From positions 104,696-168,695 of the forward strand of contig CACJNS010000001.1 in the NCBI GenBank assembly GCA_902594855.1: 64,000 nucleotides of DNA, in the 5' to 3' direction. The stretch is from an uncultured SAR86 cluster bacterium. GTDB lineage: Bacteria; Pseudomonadota; Gammaproteobacteria; Magnimaribacterales; AG-339-G14. A model generated the notes under the pieces. That model did not search any database, was not told the origin of the DNA, and saw nothing but the letters and a program-made list of their open reading frames with translations. The translations under genes and the position numbers were made by a program. Each line of letters opens with the position of its first letter. Position 1 is the stretch's first letter. Shown piece by piece: positions 20,200 through 30,943 of this stretch.

Positions 20200-20847
20200 T
20201 TAATGAAAATCTTCAAATTCAAAGTAATTTACTCCGTTTACTCTTGATAAAGAGTAATTAATAACAGAGCTCGAAAGTTTTTTAACTGAAATGCTTCTGA
20301 ATTTCTTTAAAGGACCGTGCAAAAAAGGATCAATAACAATTGAAACTAAGTCAGCAAAAATTATATCAAGCCTGAGCTTATTTCCTCTTAAATGTCCTGG
20401 TTGAAATATGTTTGTAGTCTCAAAACCGAGTTTAATGATTTCCTTTTCGAGCATTCCCTTGGTTTTCAAATAATAGTTCCAGGAATTAGAATCTGCACCA
20501 GATGCTGAAATAAGAGTAATACTTTTAGCTCCGGCTTCTTTAGCTTTTCTGGCTATTTCTAGTTGATATGAAAAATCTACTTGAAAGAAATCTTTTTTAA
20601 GGTTTTTAGACATAAAGCCCATTACATTTTGATAATACAAAGGATAGCCTAGAGAAAGATAAATACGATCTATTTGAGGAAATTTTAATTCCGAGAGCTG
20701 ATCAAAATCAATCAGCAATTCTTCTATCTTTTCTGGCAAATTTGGGATGGTCCTTCTGCTTAGTGCAATAATATCTTCGCTTTTAGAATTCAGCTCTAAA
20801 AGAAGATGGTTACCCAAAAAACCTGTTGATCCAGCTATTAAATTCAT
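20200..20847 (-). CDS. NAD(P)-binding Rossmann protein (atypical SDR / HTATIP2-like)
   Basis: N-terminus MNLIAGSTGFLGNHLL. 215 aa. Confidence 0.6.
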   Translation of the reverse strand: MNLIAGSTGFLGNHLLLELNSKSEDIIALSRRTIPNLPEKIEELLIDFDQLSELKFPQIDRIYLSLGYPLYYQNVMGFMSKNLKKDFFQVDFSYQLEIARKAKEAGAKSITLISASGADSNSWNYYLKTKGMLEKEIIKLGFETTNIFQPGHLRGNKLRLDIIFADLVSIVIDPFLHGPLKKFRSISVKKLSSSVINYSLSRVNGVNYFEFEDFH

Positions 20848-21000
20848 TTTTAAATGGAAATTATTTTCATTTTAATCTAAAAATATTGATCTACTTCATA
20901 ACTTATTTCTATGAAACCACAATTTTAAAAAAATTTTGTACCTAGTTGGCATAATTTTTTTGTATAGTGTTTCAATCAAAACCTTTGAGAAAAAATAATT

Positions 21001-21723
21001 GTGATTAAACTAGAGAAAAAGGAATCAATTTATTTTTTAAAGCTAGCTGCCAATGAAAATCGTTGGAACACTACTTTTGTAAGAGAAATCGCCAAAGCAC
21101 TTGATGAAATTGAAAAAGATGAAGGTCCAGGAGCTTTAATCACCTCATCCGAGAATCCTAAGTTCTTTTCAAACGGTCTGGATCTTGATTGGATGCAAGA
21201 CCCCAATAGCAATCCTGATGGAGGCGACAGAGATGTTTTCGGAAAAGAATTCATGCATCTGATGGGACGTTTTATAACTATGCCTATACCTACTGTCTGT
21301 GCTGTAAATGGTCATGCTTTTGGAGCTGGTTTTATGCTTGCTCTTACTCATGATGTAAGAATAATGAGAGAAGATAGAGGTTTTTTATGCGCCAATGAAA
21401 TACAACTTGGTTTGTCCATTCCAAGACCCGAACTATCTTTATTCAAACATAAAATTCCAGCAAATGCCTTCTATGAAACTGTTCAATTATCAAAAAGATG
21501 GACTGGAACTGATGCGCTTAATGCTGGGATTGTTCAAGCAACAAGCTCGTTTGAAGAATTACCTGAATTGGCCGTAAAAAAAGCTGAAGAGTTGGCACCG
21601 TTGGCAACCGATAGAAAAAACTTTGGCTATCAAAAAGAAATGTTATTCGGTGAAAATGCAGCCATAAATCTCAATCATGGTCCTGCTCACATGCTCAAAA
21701 ATTCAGAAGATTTTAAAAGTTAA
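21001..21723 (+). CDS. Enoyl-CoA hydratase/isomerase family protein, second copy (GTG start)
   Basis: FFSNGLDLDW and NGHAFGAGFMLALTHD, a crotonase fold. Confidence 0.8.
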   Translation: MIKLEKKESIYFLKLAANENRWNTTFVREIAKALDEIEKDEGPGALITSSENPKFFSNGLDLDWMQDPNSNPDGGDRDVFGKEFMHLMGRFITMPIPTVCAVNGHAFGAGFMLALTHDVRIMREDRGFLCANEIQLGLSIPRPELSLFKHKIPANAFYETVQLSKRWTGTDALNAGIVQATSSFEELPELAVKKAEELAPLATDRKNFGYQKEMLFGENAAINLNHGPAHMLKNSEDFKS

Positions 21724-21733
21724 TACAACTTCT

Positions 21734-22810
21734 TTATTCACCCACAAAACCAGGCCAAGCTCCCATGTACTCTATAAATTTATCGCTTAGCCCTTCTTTT
21801 TTTAAGTAAGATCTTGGAGCTGGAAGCTCTATGGGTTCAAAGCCTGAGTTTTCTATGACTTTGAGAGGAAAATCATGATGGAGAATAGCCGCTCTCCCCA
21901 CAGTGACAAAATCTACTTTATTATTAAGTATCTCGTGAACGTTTTCACCTGTTCTTATGTTGCCCGCTACCGTTAACTGAACATCTTTGAAATCTAGTTC
22001 TGTAAAATGCTCCAACAGATTCTTACCCTTGTGTTCTTCTTCTACCGGCTCCTTAAAAGAATCCCAAAGTGACATATCTAAAAAATCTATTTTGTTGGTG
22101 TCGATAAGTTTCTTACATATTTCTTTTATTTCTCCCAATTTTATCCCAAATCTTTCTGCAGATAATCTTACTCCCAATAGAAACTCAGGACCGCATTCAT
22201 TTCTAATGCCGTCTACTATCTCAAAAATGATTCTGGATCTGTTTTCTAAAGTTCCTCCGTATTCGTCGTCTCTCCTGTTAATATCAGAACTTAAAAATTG
22301 ACACAAAATATAGCCATGGGCTCCATGAATTTCTGCCCCTTCATACCCTGCCTTTTTTGCTCTTACTCCGGCCTCAATGAAGTCATCTCTCAATCTTTTA
22401 ACTTCATCAAGTGTCAAAGCTCTTGAGTTTGTCTCCTCATCATTTGAAGGGCAGACAGGTTGTTTTCCAATAATATCCTCGGGCGATCTCATTCCAGCAT
22501 GGTGTAATTGGGCAACGGCTAAACTTTCATGAGACTTTATTTCATTGGTTAATCTTTTTAATCCTTCTATGTGTTTATCGTCAAAAATACCTAATTGGCC
22601 AGGAAAACCTTTACCAATTTCCTGAACATGCGAAGCACAAGACATTGTGAGTCCAAAACCACCTTTGGCTCTCATGGTTAACCAATTAAACTCATAGTCA
22701 GAAAGAACTCCATCTTCTTGACTCTGAGTATTAGTTAATGGAGCGAGCATAAATCTATTTTTCATAGATAAGCCACATGGAAATTTAATTTCATCTTTTA
22801 AACTTTTCAT
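21734..22810 (-). CDS. NADH:flavin oxidoreductase (Old Yellow Enzyme family)
   Basis: MAPLTN, HGAHGYILCQFLS, and RRDDEYGGTLENR. Confidence 0.85.
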   Translation of the reverse strand: MKSLKDEIKFPCGLSMKNRFMLAPLTNTQSQEDGVLSDYEFNWLTMRAKGGFGLTMSCASHVQEIGKGFPGQLGIFDDKHIEGLKRLTNEIKSHESLAVAQLHHAGMRSPEDIIGKQPVCPSNDEETNSRALTLDEVKRLRDDFIEAGVRAKKAGYEGAEIHGAHGYILCQFLSSDINRRDDEYGGTLENRSRIIFEIVDGIRNECGPEFLLGVRLSAERFGIKLGEIKEICKKLIDTNKIDFLDMSLWDSFKEPVEEEHKGKNLLEHFTELDFKDVQLTVAGNIRTGENVHEILNNKVDFVTVGRAAILHHDFPLKVIENSGFEPIELPAPRSYLKKEGLSDKFIEYMGAWPGFVGE

Positions 22811-22935
22811 AACTTCATTTTAGTATTTTTAAATTCCACTAAAAATAACTGTGGTTATCAGAATGGTTGGAAATACCCACCATACCCATTAAGAATCAAA
22901 AGGATCAGCATTTAATAAAGATCAAAAAATTTAAA

Positions 22936-23592
22936 TTAAGGCTTATATATAGCCCCACATCTTTTTCCGATGATAATAGGTTCCACTCCTAAGTCCGAAC
23001 AAAATTCCATATAAGCTTGATAAGATCCATCCATCCATCCTTCATCAATTACATCATCTACCAATATAACTCCTCCGCTAATTGTTGCTTCATAAATTTT
23101 TGGAAGAGCATTTTTTGTGGGTAAGTAAAGATTTACATCCAAAAAGGACATTTTTATTGGCCCTATTGTGTTGAAGTCAAAAGTGGAACAATCGGCTTGG
23201 ATTGCTTTTACAAAAGGAAAATCTAAGAAATTTTTCTTCCAAATGTTAAAGTCATTGTATCCATAAGCATTTAAATCTGATGAATGTTTTCCCCTGTTTT
23301 CAATTTCAAAATTAACATCTTCTTTTTGAAAATTTGAAAAGATATCTAATGCATAAATTGATTCTTTATTTTCCAACTTTTCTACCATTATGTGTTCTGC
23401 TAGAAACCTTGTAGTCATTCCTCTTGCAACACCTATCTCTACTATAGATCCTGATTGAGATTTTAGTCTTTCGAATTCAACTATCAACTGTGCTAGTTGT
23501 GATGGGTCTAGCAAAAAAGGATAATTCGGTTTTCCAATTCTTAAATATCTAAATGCAATTAGTTTTAAAAATTCTAAGAGTTTTTTTTGCAT
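22936..23592 (-). CDS. Class I SAM-dependent methyltransferase (TylF/Methyltransf_24-like)
   Basis: The IVEIGVARGMTT motif I-like segment, and ILVDDV. Confidence 0.55.
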   Translation of the reverse strand: MQKKLLEFLKLIAFRYLRIGKPNYPFLLDPSQLAQLIVEFERLKSQSGSIVEIGVARGMTTRFLAEHIMVEKLENKESIYALDIFSNFQKEDVNFEIENRGKHSSDLNAYGYNDFNIWKKNFLDFPFVKAIQADCSTFDFNTIGPIKMSFLDVNLYLPTKNALPKIYEATISGGVILVDDVIDEGWMDGSYQAYMEFCSDLGVEPIIIGKRCGAIYKP

Positions 23593-23761
23593 AAATAATG
23601 TTTAAGTTTCAGAACGAATATCCAATTATATCATCAATTAACCATCCTATAATCAGCTTGAATCCAAATACTTTTTAGACTGTAAAAAAAACATAATAAT
23701 TTTACCATTTCGCAATGGCAATAATGAGCTCACTTAAACCTTCCAATAAACAATTGTGAAC

Positions 23762-25996
23762 TTAATTCTCGATAGACCATCCAAGAGGTATCTGTTGTTG
23801 AGGGTTAAATACTTTTGGCCCATACAATGGTTGAGCTTTAGAGGCCTCAAATATCTCTTGCTCAGATAGAAACTGACTCGGGGATAACCTAAATACATCT
23901 AGACCTCTAGATATTTCTGTTCCGTAAATATAACCATCATAGTAATAAGCCGACCAATAACCACCCATTACTAGTAGTTCATCATCTACAGGACCTCTAT
24001 CAAAAAAAGCTATTTCTTTTGGATCCGCAGAATCAGTAAAATCCATTATAGATATTCCTCCCTGGTACCATGCTTGAACAAAAATGTCTTTTTCAGGAAT
24101 TGGAATTAAAGACCCATTATGTGCAACACAGTTTTCTGTTTCTAGCTGTGGCGCTGGCATTTTGTAATGACTCCTAAATTCTAATTTATTATTTACAATG
24201 TCATAAATTGCATTAGCGCCCCAATCAAGTGGATCCCAAGCCCTGCAGCGGGCTCTTCCGCCGCCGCCCCATTCATCAGTAAAAATTACTTTAGTTCCTT
24301 CGTTATTAAAGGTAGCAGAATGCCAATAAGCAAAACCTACATCAGTGACGACATCTATTCTTTTTGGGTTATAGGGATCTGAAATATCAAAGAGAATCCC
24401 ATTTCCTGAGCAAGCTCCAGCAGCTAAACTTTTTGATGGAAATACCGTTATGTCATGACATTGATCGGTACGACTTGTCTCTTGGGTATCATCTCCATGG
24501 TCTCCACCAGTCCAGAGACCGCCTAAAGCTCCTGTTTCAGGATCGGCAAAAACAGTTGGGCTACTTACTATTTTTGACTTAGAAGGAGCTGCAATAGGAA
24601 TTTCAATTACATCTATTCTAAAAAGTGCTGTTCTATTATCGCCTGGTATATTCCCTATGCATTCCTCCATTTCCTCTTCATCTCTTACTCCTTGAGTCCC
24701 AGAGTTGTAGACGATAATCTTTCCATATTGATCTGGACCTGATACTACTGAGTGAGTGTGAGAGCCTCTGCAAGTTTGAACAGCTCCAACTTGTTTAGGT
24801 TCATATAAATTTGAAATATCAAATATTCTTATTCCTCTAAATCGATCAGGGCTTGCTTCTTTAGAAACACCTTGTAATCCACAGTCTATCCGACTTCTAG
24901 TTTGTTCGACTGACATAATTAATAAATTATCCACAATCGACACATCACCTTGCCCGCCAGGGCAAACTATAGATGAAAGAAGCTTTGGAACTCCTATTTG
25001 ATCAATCTCATAAATATTAAAACCATGATAGTTGCCAGCTACAAGAACATTATCTCTGAAAGCCATATCAGTATTTGCAAAACTCAAAATAGGTGACCGA
25101 AGTGATCGTGATTTGTCCTCAATTGTTTTGTCCGTATTGTTATTTTTATCCTCTTCCTCTGGATTTTTTATACCTTTTGATTTGGGATTATTTGGATTGT
25201 AGAATCCAATAGGCTTTTTAAGGGATGCAACTTTCTCCAAATTTAATATAGCTTCTTCTGCGTCATGGTGACCAGCACTTAATTTGGATCTTGGATCGTC
25301 GGATAAGTTCACAGCAATAATATTCATTCTCTCAATTTCAATGCTTTGATCATTCACGAGATCGGAGACAAATTCATTCAAGATAGGATCGTAAGCTGCG
25401 CCTGGGTATTCTTTTAAATCCTTAACCATCTTTAAAGCGCCATCATGATGGGAGATCATCAGTTGTAAGAACAACTTATCAAAATCTGTACTTTCAGAAT
25501 TTTCAAGTTTCTTTAATTCATCTTCGCTAGCCATTCCAGCCATACCAATGTGCATATGATGACCATCATGGTTAACTGATGTATCTTCATCTCTAGAATT
25601 AAGCCAGTTTTTCATGAAACTAATTTCATCTTCTTGAGAAGCATCGATTCTATTCGCCAGATCAACTATCGTTTTATTGTTAGTTCTTTTATCTGCCATA
25701 TTGGACATAACTATGGCTTGTTGATGATGGATTATCATTCCCTGAAGGAAATTCACATCCGCATCCACATAGGTGGAAATTGCAATATTAGTAGCTACTT
25801 TTGGATCAATTAACTTTGAATCTTCTCCTGGGGCGCCAGGAAGGATGATAGGATGCTTCAAAGACTTTTCTTCAACGCTAAGCTCATAAGATAAGAGTAA
25901 ATCTTCAGTTTCAGAAATTTCTGATGACTGAGGTTTCTTATCATAAGAGCATCCATGAAAAAAAAGGACAATTGAAACTAATGATAAAAATTTCAT
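23762..25996 (-). CDS. Lipoprotein fusing DUF305 (HH four-helix domain) to an LVIVD-repeat beta-propeller
   Basis: Start moved to MKFLSLVSIVLFFHGC (lipobox) at 25996, which removes the overlap with guaA. DUF305 halves: FLQGMIIHHQQAIVMS..EISFMKNWL and FLQLMISHHDGALKM. Repeated G.xIFDISxPxxPK propeller blades follow. Confidence 0.7.
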   Translation of the reverse strand: MKFLSLVSIVLFFHGCSYDKKPQSSEISETEDLLLSYELSVEEKSLKHPIILPGAPGEDSKLIDPKVATNIAISTYVDADVNFLQGMIIHHQQAIVMSNMADKRTNNKTIVDLANRIDASQEDEISFMKNWLNSRDEDTSVNHDGHHMHIGMAGMASEDELKKLENSESTDFDKLFLQLMISHHDGALKMVKDLKEYPGAAYDPILNEFVSDLVNDQSIEIERMNIIAVNLSDDPRSKLSAGHHDAEEAILNLEKVASLKKPIGFYNPNNPKSKGIKNPEEEDKNNNTDKTIEDKSRSLRSPILSFANTDMAFRDNVLVAGNYHGFNIYEIDQIGVPKLLSSIVCPGGQGDVSIVDNLLIMSVEQTRSRIDCGLQGVSKEASPDRFRGIRIFDISNLYEPKQVGAVQTCRGSHTHSVVSGPDQYGKIIVYNSGTQGVRDEEEMEECIGNIPGDNRTALFRIDVIEIPIAAPSKSKIVSSPTVFADPETGALGGLWTGGDHGDDTQETSRTDQCHDITVFPSKSLAAGACSGNGILFDISDPYNPKRIDVVTDVGFAYWHSATFNNEGTKVIFTDEWGGGGRARCRAWDPLDWGANAIYDIVNNKLEFRSHYKMPAPQLETENCVAHNGSLIPIPEKDIFVQAWYQGGISIMDFTDSADPKEIAFFDRGPVDDELLVMGGYWSAYYYDGYIYGTEISRGLDVFRLSPSQFLSEQEIFEASKAQPLYGPKVFNPQQQIPLGWSIEN

Positions 25997-26027
25997 ATTT
26001 TTTATTTTAGTATTTTTTTTCACACCA

Positions 26028-27584
26028 TTACTCCCACTCAATAGTCGCAGGAGGTTTACTCGAAATATCATAAACAACTCGAGAAACCTTATCTATTTCA
26101 TTCATTATTCTTGTTGAAACATGATTAAGGAATTCTTGTTTGAAAGGAAACACGTTAGCCGTCATGAAATCTAGCGTTACTACCGCTCTTAGAGCAATTA
26201 CATATTCATACCTTCTCGCATCACCCACCACTCCAACTGATTTAACCGGCAGAAAAGCTGCGTAGGCTTGACTGATTTTGTTGTAAAGCTTTAGCTTGAT
26301 TAATTCTTCCATGAAAATTGCATCTGCTTCTCTTAATATCTCTAACTTACTTTTGTCTATCGCACCTAACAATCGAACACCTAACCCTGGACCTGGAAAA
26401 GGATGCCTTTCGATTAGATAAGCTGGCAACCCTAATTTTCTTCCTATCTTTCTAACCTCATCTTTAAAAAGAAATTTTAGCGGTTCAACAAGGGGAAACT
26501 TTAATTTTTCAGGTAATCCTCCAACGTTATGATGCGATTTTATGACATGCGCTTTACCGCCCTTTTTTCCTGCTGATTCAATGTAATCTGGATAGATAGT
26601 TCCTTGAGCTAAAAAATTTATATTTTTTATTTTTTTTGCCTCTTTTGAAAATACATCTATGAAAGTTCTACCTATTATTTTTCTTTTTTCCTCAGGATCT
26701 GTCCTTTCTTTTAGTTTTTTCAGGAATATATCTTCGGCATTTACCGTCGTAATCTTCAAACCAAGACCTTTTTTTAAATCGCGATTAACTTGGATGGATT
26801 CATCTTTCCTTAAAAGTCCATTATCGACAAAAATACAATGCAATCTTTTACCGATAGCTTTTGAGATGAGAGCGGCTACGACACTGGAATCCACACCGCC
26901 CGAAATTCCTAAGAGAACATGTTTATTTCCAACCTGCTCTTTAATGTTCTGAACCAAATCATCAATAATATTTTTTGAAGTCCAATTTTTCTTACATCCA
27001 CAAATATTCAATGCAAAGTTACTTAATATTTTTTGCCCTTGATCGGTGTGAGACACCTCGGGGTGAAATTGCACACCGAAGCGTTGTTTGTCATTCGAAG
27101 CAAACGCTGCAATTTTAGAATTTGTCGACGAGGCAATCCTTTTGAATTGTTTAGGAAGTTTCACAACTTTATCGCCGTGACTCATCCATACATCAATTTT
27201 TGTTTTTTTTCCACTTACTCCTTTGAAAAGAATATTTTTGTTAAATGCTAATTCTGAGTGACCGAATTCTCTTTTTGCTGATAAATCTACTTTTCCATTA
27301 TATTGGTTCGCTAATAATTGCATTCCATAGCAAATCCCTAAAATAGGTTGTTTTATTTCAAGAATCTTAGGATTAAATTTAGGCTTAAACTTGGAATTAA
27401 CAGATTCTGGACCGCCAGAAAAAATAATGCCTTTTGGATTAAGTTTCAAAAGTTCTTTTGGGGATATTTCACACGAGACGATTTCAGATAAAACTCCTAT
27501 TTCTCTTATCCTTCTGGCAATCAGCTGTGTATATTGCGAACCAAAATCAAGGATAACTATCTTATCTTGATCAATTTTCAGCAT
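26028..27584 (-). CDS. guaA: GMP synthase (glutamine-hydrolysing)
   Basis: ILDFGSQYTQLIARRIRE, GICYGMQ, ISGGVDSSV, and C-terminal KPPATIEWE. Confidence 0.95.
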   Translation of the reverse strand: MLKIDQDKIVILDFGSQYTQLIARRIREIGVLSEIVSCEISPKELLKLNPKGIIFSGGPESVNSKFKPKFNPKILEIKQPILGICYGMQLLANQYNGKVDLSAKREFGHSELAFNKNILFKGVSGKKTKIDVWMSHGDKVVKLPKQFKRIASSTNSKIAAFASNDKQRFGVQFHPEVSHTDQGQKILSNFALNICGCKKNWTSKNIIDDLVQNIKEQVGNKHVLLGISGGVDSSVVAALISKAIGKRLHCIFVDNGLLRKDESIQVNRDLKKGLGLKITTVNAEDIFLKKLKERTDPEEKRKIIGRTFIDVFSKEAKKIKNINFLAQGTIYPDYIESAGKKGGKAHVIKSHHNVGGLPEKLKFPLVEPLKFLFKDEVRKIGRKLGLPAYLIERHPFPGPGLGVRLLGAIDKSKLEILREADAIFMEELIKLKLYNKISQAYAAFLPVKSVGVVGDARRYEYVIALRAVVTLDFMTANVFPFKQEFLNHVSTRIMNEIDKVSRVVYDISSKPPATIEWE

Positions 27585-27589
27585 TTATA

Positions 27590-29056
27590 TTATGTAATTC
27601 GGTAATTTGGCGCTTCTTTAGTGACGCTTACATCATGCACATGACTCTCGCTCATTCCAGAAGTAGTGATTTGAATAAACTTAGGTTTAGTTTTCATCAT
27701 ATCGATGTCTTTACATCCGGTGTAACCCATGCTTTGTCTAAGGCCACCCAACATTTGATGAATAGTAGTTTCTACCCAACCCTTATAGGGAACTCTTCCT
27801 TCTATACCTTCGGGCACCAGTTTATCGGTCTGTTGATTGTCCTGAAAATATCTATCCCCTGAGGAGGATTCACCTGACATCGCACCAACAGATCCCATGC
27901 CTCTATACGCTTTATAGCTTCTGCCTTGAAAGAGTTCTACCTGACCAGGGGCTTCTTCTGTTCCAGCTAAGATGCTACCGAGCATGACACTATCTGCTCC
28001 TGCAGCAATTGCTTTGGCCAAATCACCAGAAAATCTGATTCCTCCATCTGCAATGACTGGAATTCCTTTTTTCTTCATGCTTGATACTACATCTGCAATA
28101 GCTGTTATTTGTGGAACACCAACTCCAGTCACAATTCTCGTAGTGCAGATAGAACCTGGCCCAATACCAACTTTTACTGCATCAGCACCAGCCTTCATCA
28201 AGGCAGAGGCTCCTTCAGCTGTTGCAACATTTCCACCAATGACATCTATACTTGGATAATCTGTTTTTACTTTTTTTACTCTCTCTAAAATGCCTTGTGA
28301 ATGTCCATGAGCGCTATCGACGACGAGAACATCGACACCGGCTTGAATGAGTTTTTCAGTTCTTTCGTCTGTATCGGTGCCGTTACCGATTGCTGCACCA
28401 ACTAGAAGTCTTCCTTCTGAGTCCTTAGTTGCAGATGGATAGTCTTTTGATTTATTAATATCTTTCAGAGTTATAAGACCTTTTAGACCAAAAGCATCAT
28501 CCACGAGTAAGATTTTTTCTATTCTGTTTCGATAGAGTAAGGTTTTTATATTATCAATACTTTCATTCTCTTTAGCCGTAATAAGTTTTTCTTTTGGAGT
28601 CATAATTGAACTTACGGTAGCAGTCATATTGGATTCATTACGGAAATCCCTCGAAGTTACAATTCCAACCAGATTGTCATCATCCACAACAGGCATACCA
28701 GAAATATTTAATTCTTTAGTTAGCTGAATAAGGTCTCCAACTGTACTGCCGGATGAAATAGTGGTTGGATCTCTTACAATCCCACTCTCAAATTTTTTCA
28801 CTACCCTGACTTCATTAGCTTGATCTTGAATACTTAAATTCCTATGTATAACTCCGATACCTCCAACCTCTGCCAAAGCAATTGCCATTCTGGATTCAGT
28901 GACAGTATCCATAGCGGATGAGATTATGGGGATGTTTATGTAAAGGTTTTTTGTTAAGCGTGTACTTAAATCGACGTTATTTGGTAAGACTTCCGAGAAA
29001 TCTGGTAGCAACAAAACATCATCAAATGTAAGAGCCGTCTCTTTAAGTCTCAACAT
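27590..29056 (-). CDS. guaB: IMP dehydrogenase
   Basis: [14 protein letters not shown] pair, [11 protein letters not shown], and GGIRFSGD. Confidence 0.95.
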   Translation of the reverse strand: MLRLKETALTFDDVLLLPDFSEVLPNNVDLSTRLTKNLYINIPIISSAMDTVTESRMAIALAEVGGIGVIHRNLSIQDQANEVRVVKKFESGIVRDPTTISSGSTVGDLIQLTKELNISGMPVVDDDNLVGIVTSRDFRNESNMTATVSSIMTPKEKLITAKENESIDNIKTLLYRNRIEKILLVDDAFGLKGLITLKDINKSKDYPSATKDSEGRLLVGAAIGNGTDTDERTEKLIQAGVDVLVVDSAHGHSQGILERVKKVKTDYPSIDVIGGNVATAEGASALMKAGADAVKVGIGPGSICTTRIVTGVGVPQITAIADVVSSMKKKGIPVIADGGIRFSGDLAKAIAAGADSVMLGSILAGTEEAPGQVELFQGRSYKAYRGMGSVGAMSGESSSGDRYFQDNQQTDKLVPEGIEGRVPYKGWVETTIHQMLGGLRQSMGYTGCKDIDMMKTKPKFIQITTSGMSESHVHDVSVTKEAPNYRIT

Positions 29057-29111
29057 TTATAGATTATACAGTAACGAAAAAAAAATTTTAAATAGAAATA
29101 CAAAAATAAAA

Positions 29112-29921
29112 CTATCTGAATTTATACCAAAGTTTTCTGGCAAAATTTTGTGCAAAGGAAGGCATCAATGAAACTAGACTCCACAATAAAAATGAAATAG
29201 AAGCTCTTATAGGGAACTTAAAATCAAAATATTTATACCTTAAAAAAGCATTTGCTCGCCAATGACGGGTTCTAGATGATTGATTAGTATTAATTACTCT
29301 TAGTTTTAAGAGATCTTCTTGAAGATTATGAAATATAGCACCCATAGATAATGCTCTTAACCAAAGTTCCAAATCTTCAGGAGAAAAATCTTCAAGATAA
29401 TATCCAAATCTAGAAAAAAAGTTTCTTCTGACCATAATCGAAGAATGTGCAACAGGAGAAAAAAATAAGGAATGTATTTTTATATCAAAATGGTTTTCGG
29501 GAAATTTAAGGTTTTTTATTTTATTTCCTTCCATATCTATCTTAATACAGTTTGAACCTACTAAGTCTATGTTTGGATTATCTTTTAAAAAATTTATCTG
29601 TTTAATAAGTCTGAATGGCATACAGATATCATCACAATCCATTCTTGCAATGAAATCTGCAGAAGAATTTTTGATTCCAAAGTTTATGGATTTAGCTAAT
29701 CCTAAGCTTTTATCCGATTTAAAATTTTTAACTCTGATATCATCAAATTTTTCTAATAAAAAATCATAATCAACCTCATTATCACTATCATTGATGATAA
29801 TTAACTCAAAATTACGCATCTCCTGATTGTAGATAGAATCTAAACACTCTTTTAATTGAGAAATATCAGGATTGTAGATCGGTAAAATAATTGATAAGGA
29901 AATTCTTGAATCCATAACCAA
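29112..29921 (-). CDS. Family 2 glycosyltransferase
   Basis: LSIILPIYN, FIARMDCDD (DxD), and the size. Confidence 0.8.
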   Translation of the reverse strand: MVMDSRISLSIILPIYNPDISQLKECLDSIYNQEMRNFELIIINDSDNEVDYDFLLEKFDDIRVKNFKSDKSLGLAKSINFGIKNSSADFIARMDCDDICMPFRLIKQINFLKDNPNIDLVGSNCIKIDMEGNKIKNLKFPENHFDIKIHSLFFSPVAHSSIMVRRNFFSRFGYYLEDFSPEDLELWLRALSMGAIFHNLQEDLLKLRVINTNQSSRTRHWRANAFLRYKYFDFKFPIRASISFLLWSLVSLMPSFAQNFARKLWYKFR

Positions 29922-29953
29922 AGTACTTTAAATAAAATTATTTAAGTTTTAAC

Positions 29954-30943
29954 CTAAATATTAAGCTCAATTAAAGATGCTCCTTTTTCTTCTAAGTCAA
30001 ATTCTAAATTTTGCAAACCCAATTTCTTCATCTCTTTTTTCAATCTTTGAGCTTTGTCGGTAACTAGGAGAAGAAACCCTGACCCTCCTGCTCCCACAAG
30101 TTTTCCTCCGATTATAAGTTTTTTTTGATAAAGGTGATCGTATACCTGATTAATACTTCCTAGGGTAAATTGTTTTTGTCTTTCCCTTTTTTTTATCCAA
30201 TAGTCATGCATACAATTCCCATAATCGTCAATATTTGCATCCACTAAGGAGGAATACATATATTTTCCCATTTCAATAATATCTTCAAATTCTTCAGAGT
30301 TAGATGATTTAGACATTTCAGCTTTCTGAGATCTAAGAATTGTTGCAGCATCCCTAGAAAAATCAGAAAAATAAAGAAATAAATTATTGGAAATTAAGTC
30401 TAAAGTTTTTGACGAATTAACATTTTTTGATGCTTTCACTTTTCCGTTTTTTTCAACAATAAACTCAGTTAAGCCTCCAAATGATGCAATGAATTGATCT
30501 TGAAGTCCTATTGGTCTTTTGAGGATATCCTTCTCAATATAAGTAGAATCTTCAGCAAGAATATATTCATTAATTGATAGATTTAAGTAAGATCTGAGTG
30601 CAAGCTGTAAAGCTACTCCAAATGATCCAGAAGATCCTAGGCCAGTGCCGCCAGGAACATCAGAAGAAGTTGTTAATTCTATGCTAGATATTTTTGGGGC
30701 AAGCTTATTTAAAGTACTTTTAATTATTGGATGTTTTATTTTTGATATTGAAGAGACTTCTTCCTTTTCGAGATACCTTATTAAAATTTTTTTTATAAAT
30801 CTTTCATTAATAGAAACGTACACATGCCTGTTTATAGCCATTGAGCTGAAGGTTGTACCATTATTTTTTTCGTAATAGGAAGGAAGGTCTGTACCTCCGC
30901 CACCAACAGAAATTCTCAAAGGTGCTTTAGCTATTATCATCAC
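29954..30943 (-). CDS. GHMP-family sugar kinase (HddA/heptose-7-phosphate-kinase-like)
   Basis: APLRISVGGGGTDLPSYY and the PGGTGLGSSGSFG ATP-binding motif. Confidence 0.75.
   Translation of the reverse strand: MMIIAKAPLRISVGGGGTDLPSYYEKNNGTTFSSMAINRHVYVSINERFIKKILIRYLEKEEVSSISKIKHPIIKSTLNKLAPKISSIELTTSSDVPGGTGLGSSGSFGVALQLALRSYLNLSINEYILAEDSTYIEKDILKRPIGLQDQFIASFGGLTEFIVEKNGKVKASKNVNSSKTLDLISNNLFLYFSDFSRDAATILRSQKAEMSKSSNSEEFEDIIEMGKYMYSSLVDANIDDYGNCMHDYWIKKRERQKQFTLGSINQVYDHLYQKKLIIGGKLVGAGGSGFLLLVTDKAQRLKKEMKKLGLQNLEFDLEEKGASLIELNI

Noticed and set aside
20848-21000. A sigma54-like TGGCAT...TTTGT string and other promoter-like hexamers in the 153-nt spacer
   Set aside because: There is no GC at the -12 position, and the spacings to the -10-like boxes are wrong. 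AT-rich sequence produces many false hexamer matches.
21987-22301. Antisense ORFs of 60-104 aa inside larger genes (also 2202-2459, 5836-6081, 26659-26952, 27972-28259, 57359-57613, 38387-38605 and others)
   Set aside because: Each lies fully inside a well-supported gene on the opposite strand, has biased junk-like composition (Ser/Leu/Phe/Pro-rich) and lacks an SD.
23705-23718. A CCATT-TCGC-AATGG hairpin (GCGA tetraloop on the minus strand) followed about 12 nt later by T8, a possible terminator of the DUF305-LVIVD gene
   Set aside because: The stem is only 5 bp and too far from the T-run, so it is too weak to annotate.
25997-26077. N-terminal extension of the DUF305-LVIVD ORF overlapping guaA by 50 nt
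   Set aside because: The internal start at 25996 gives a clean lipoprotein signal peptide and removes the overlap with the conserved guaA C-terminus.
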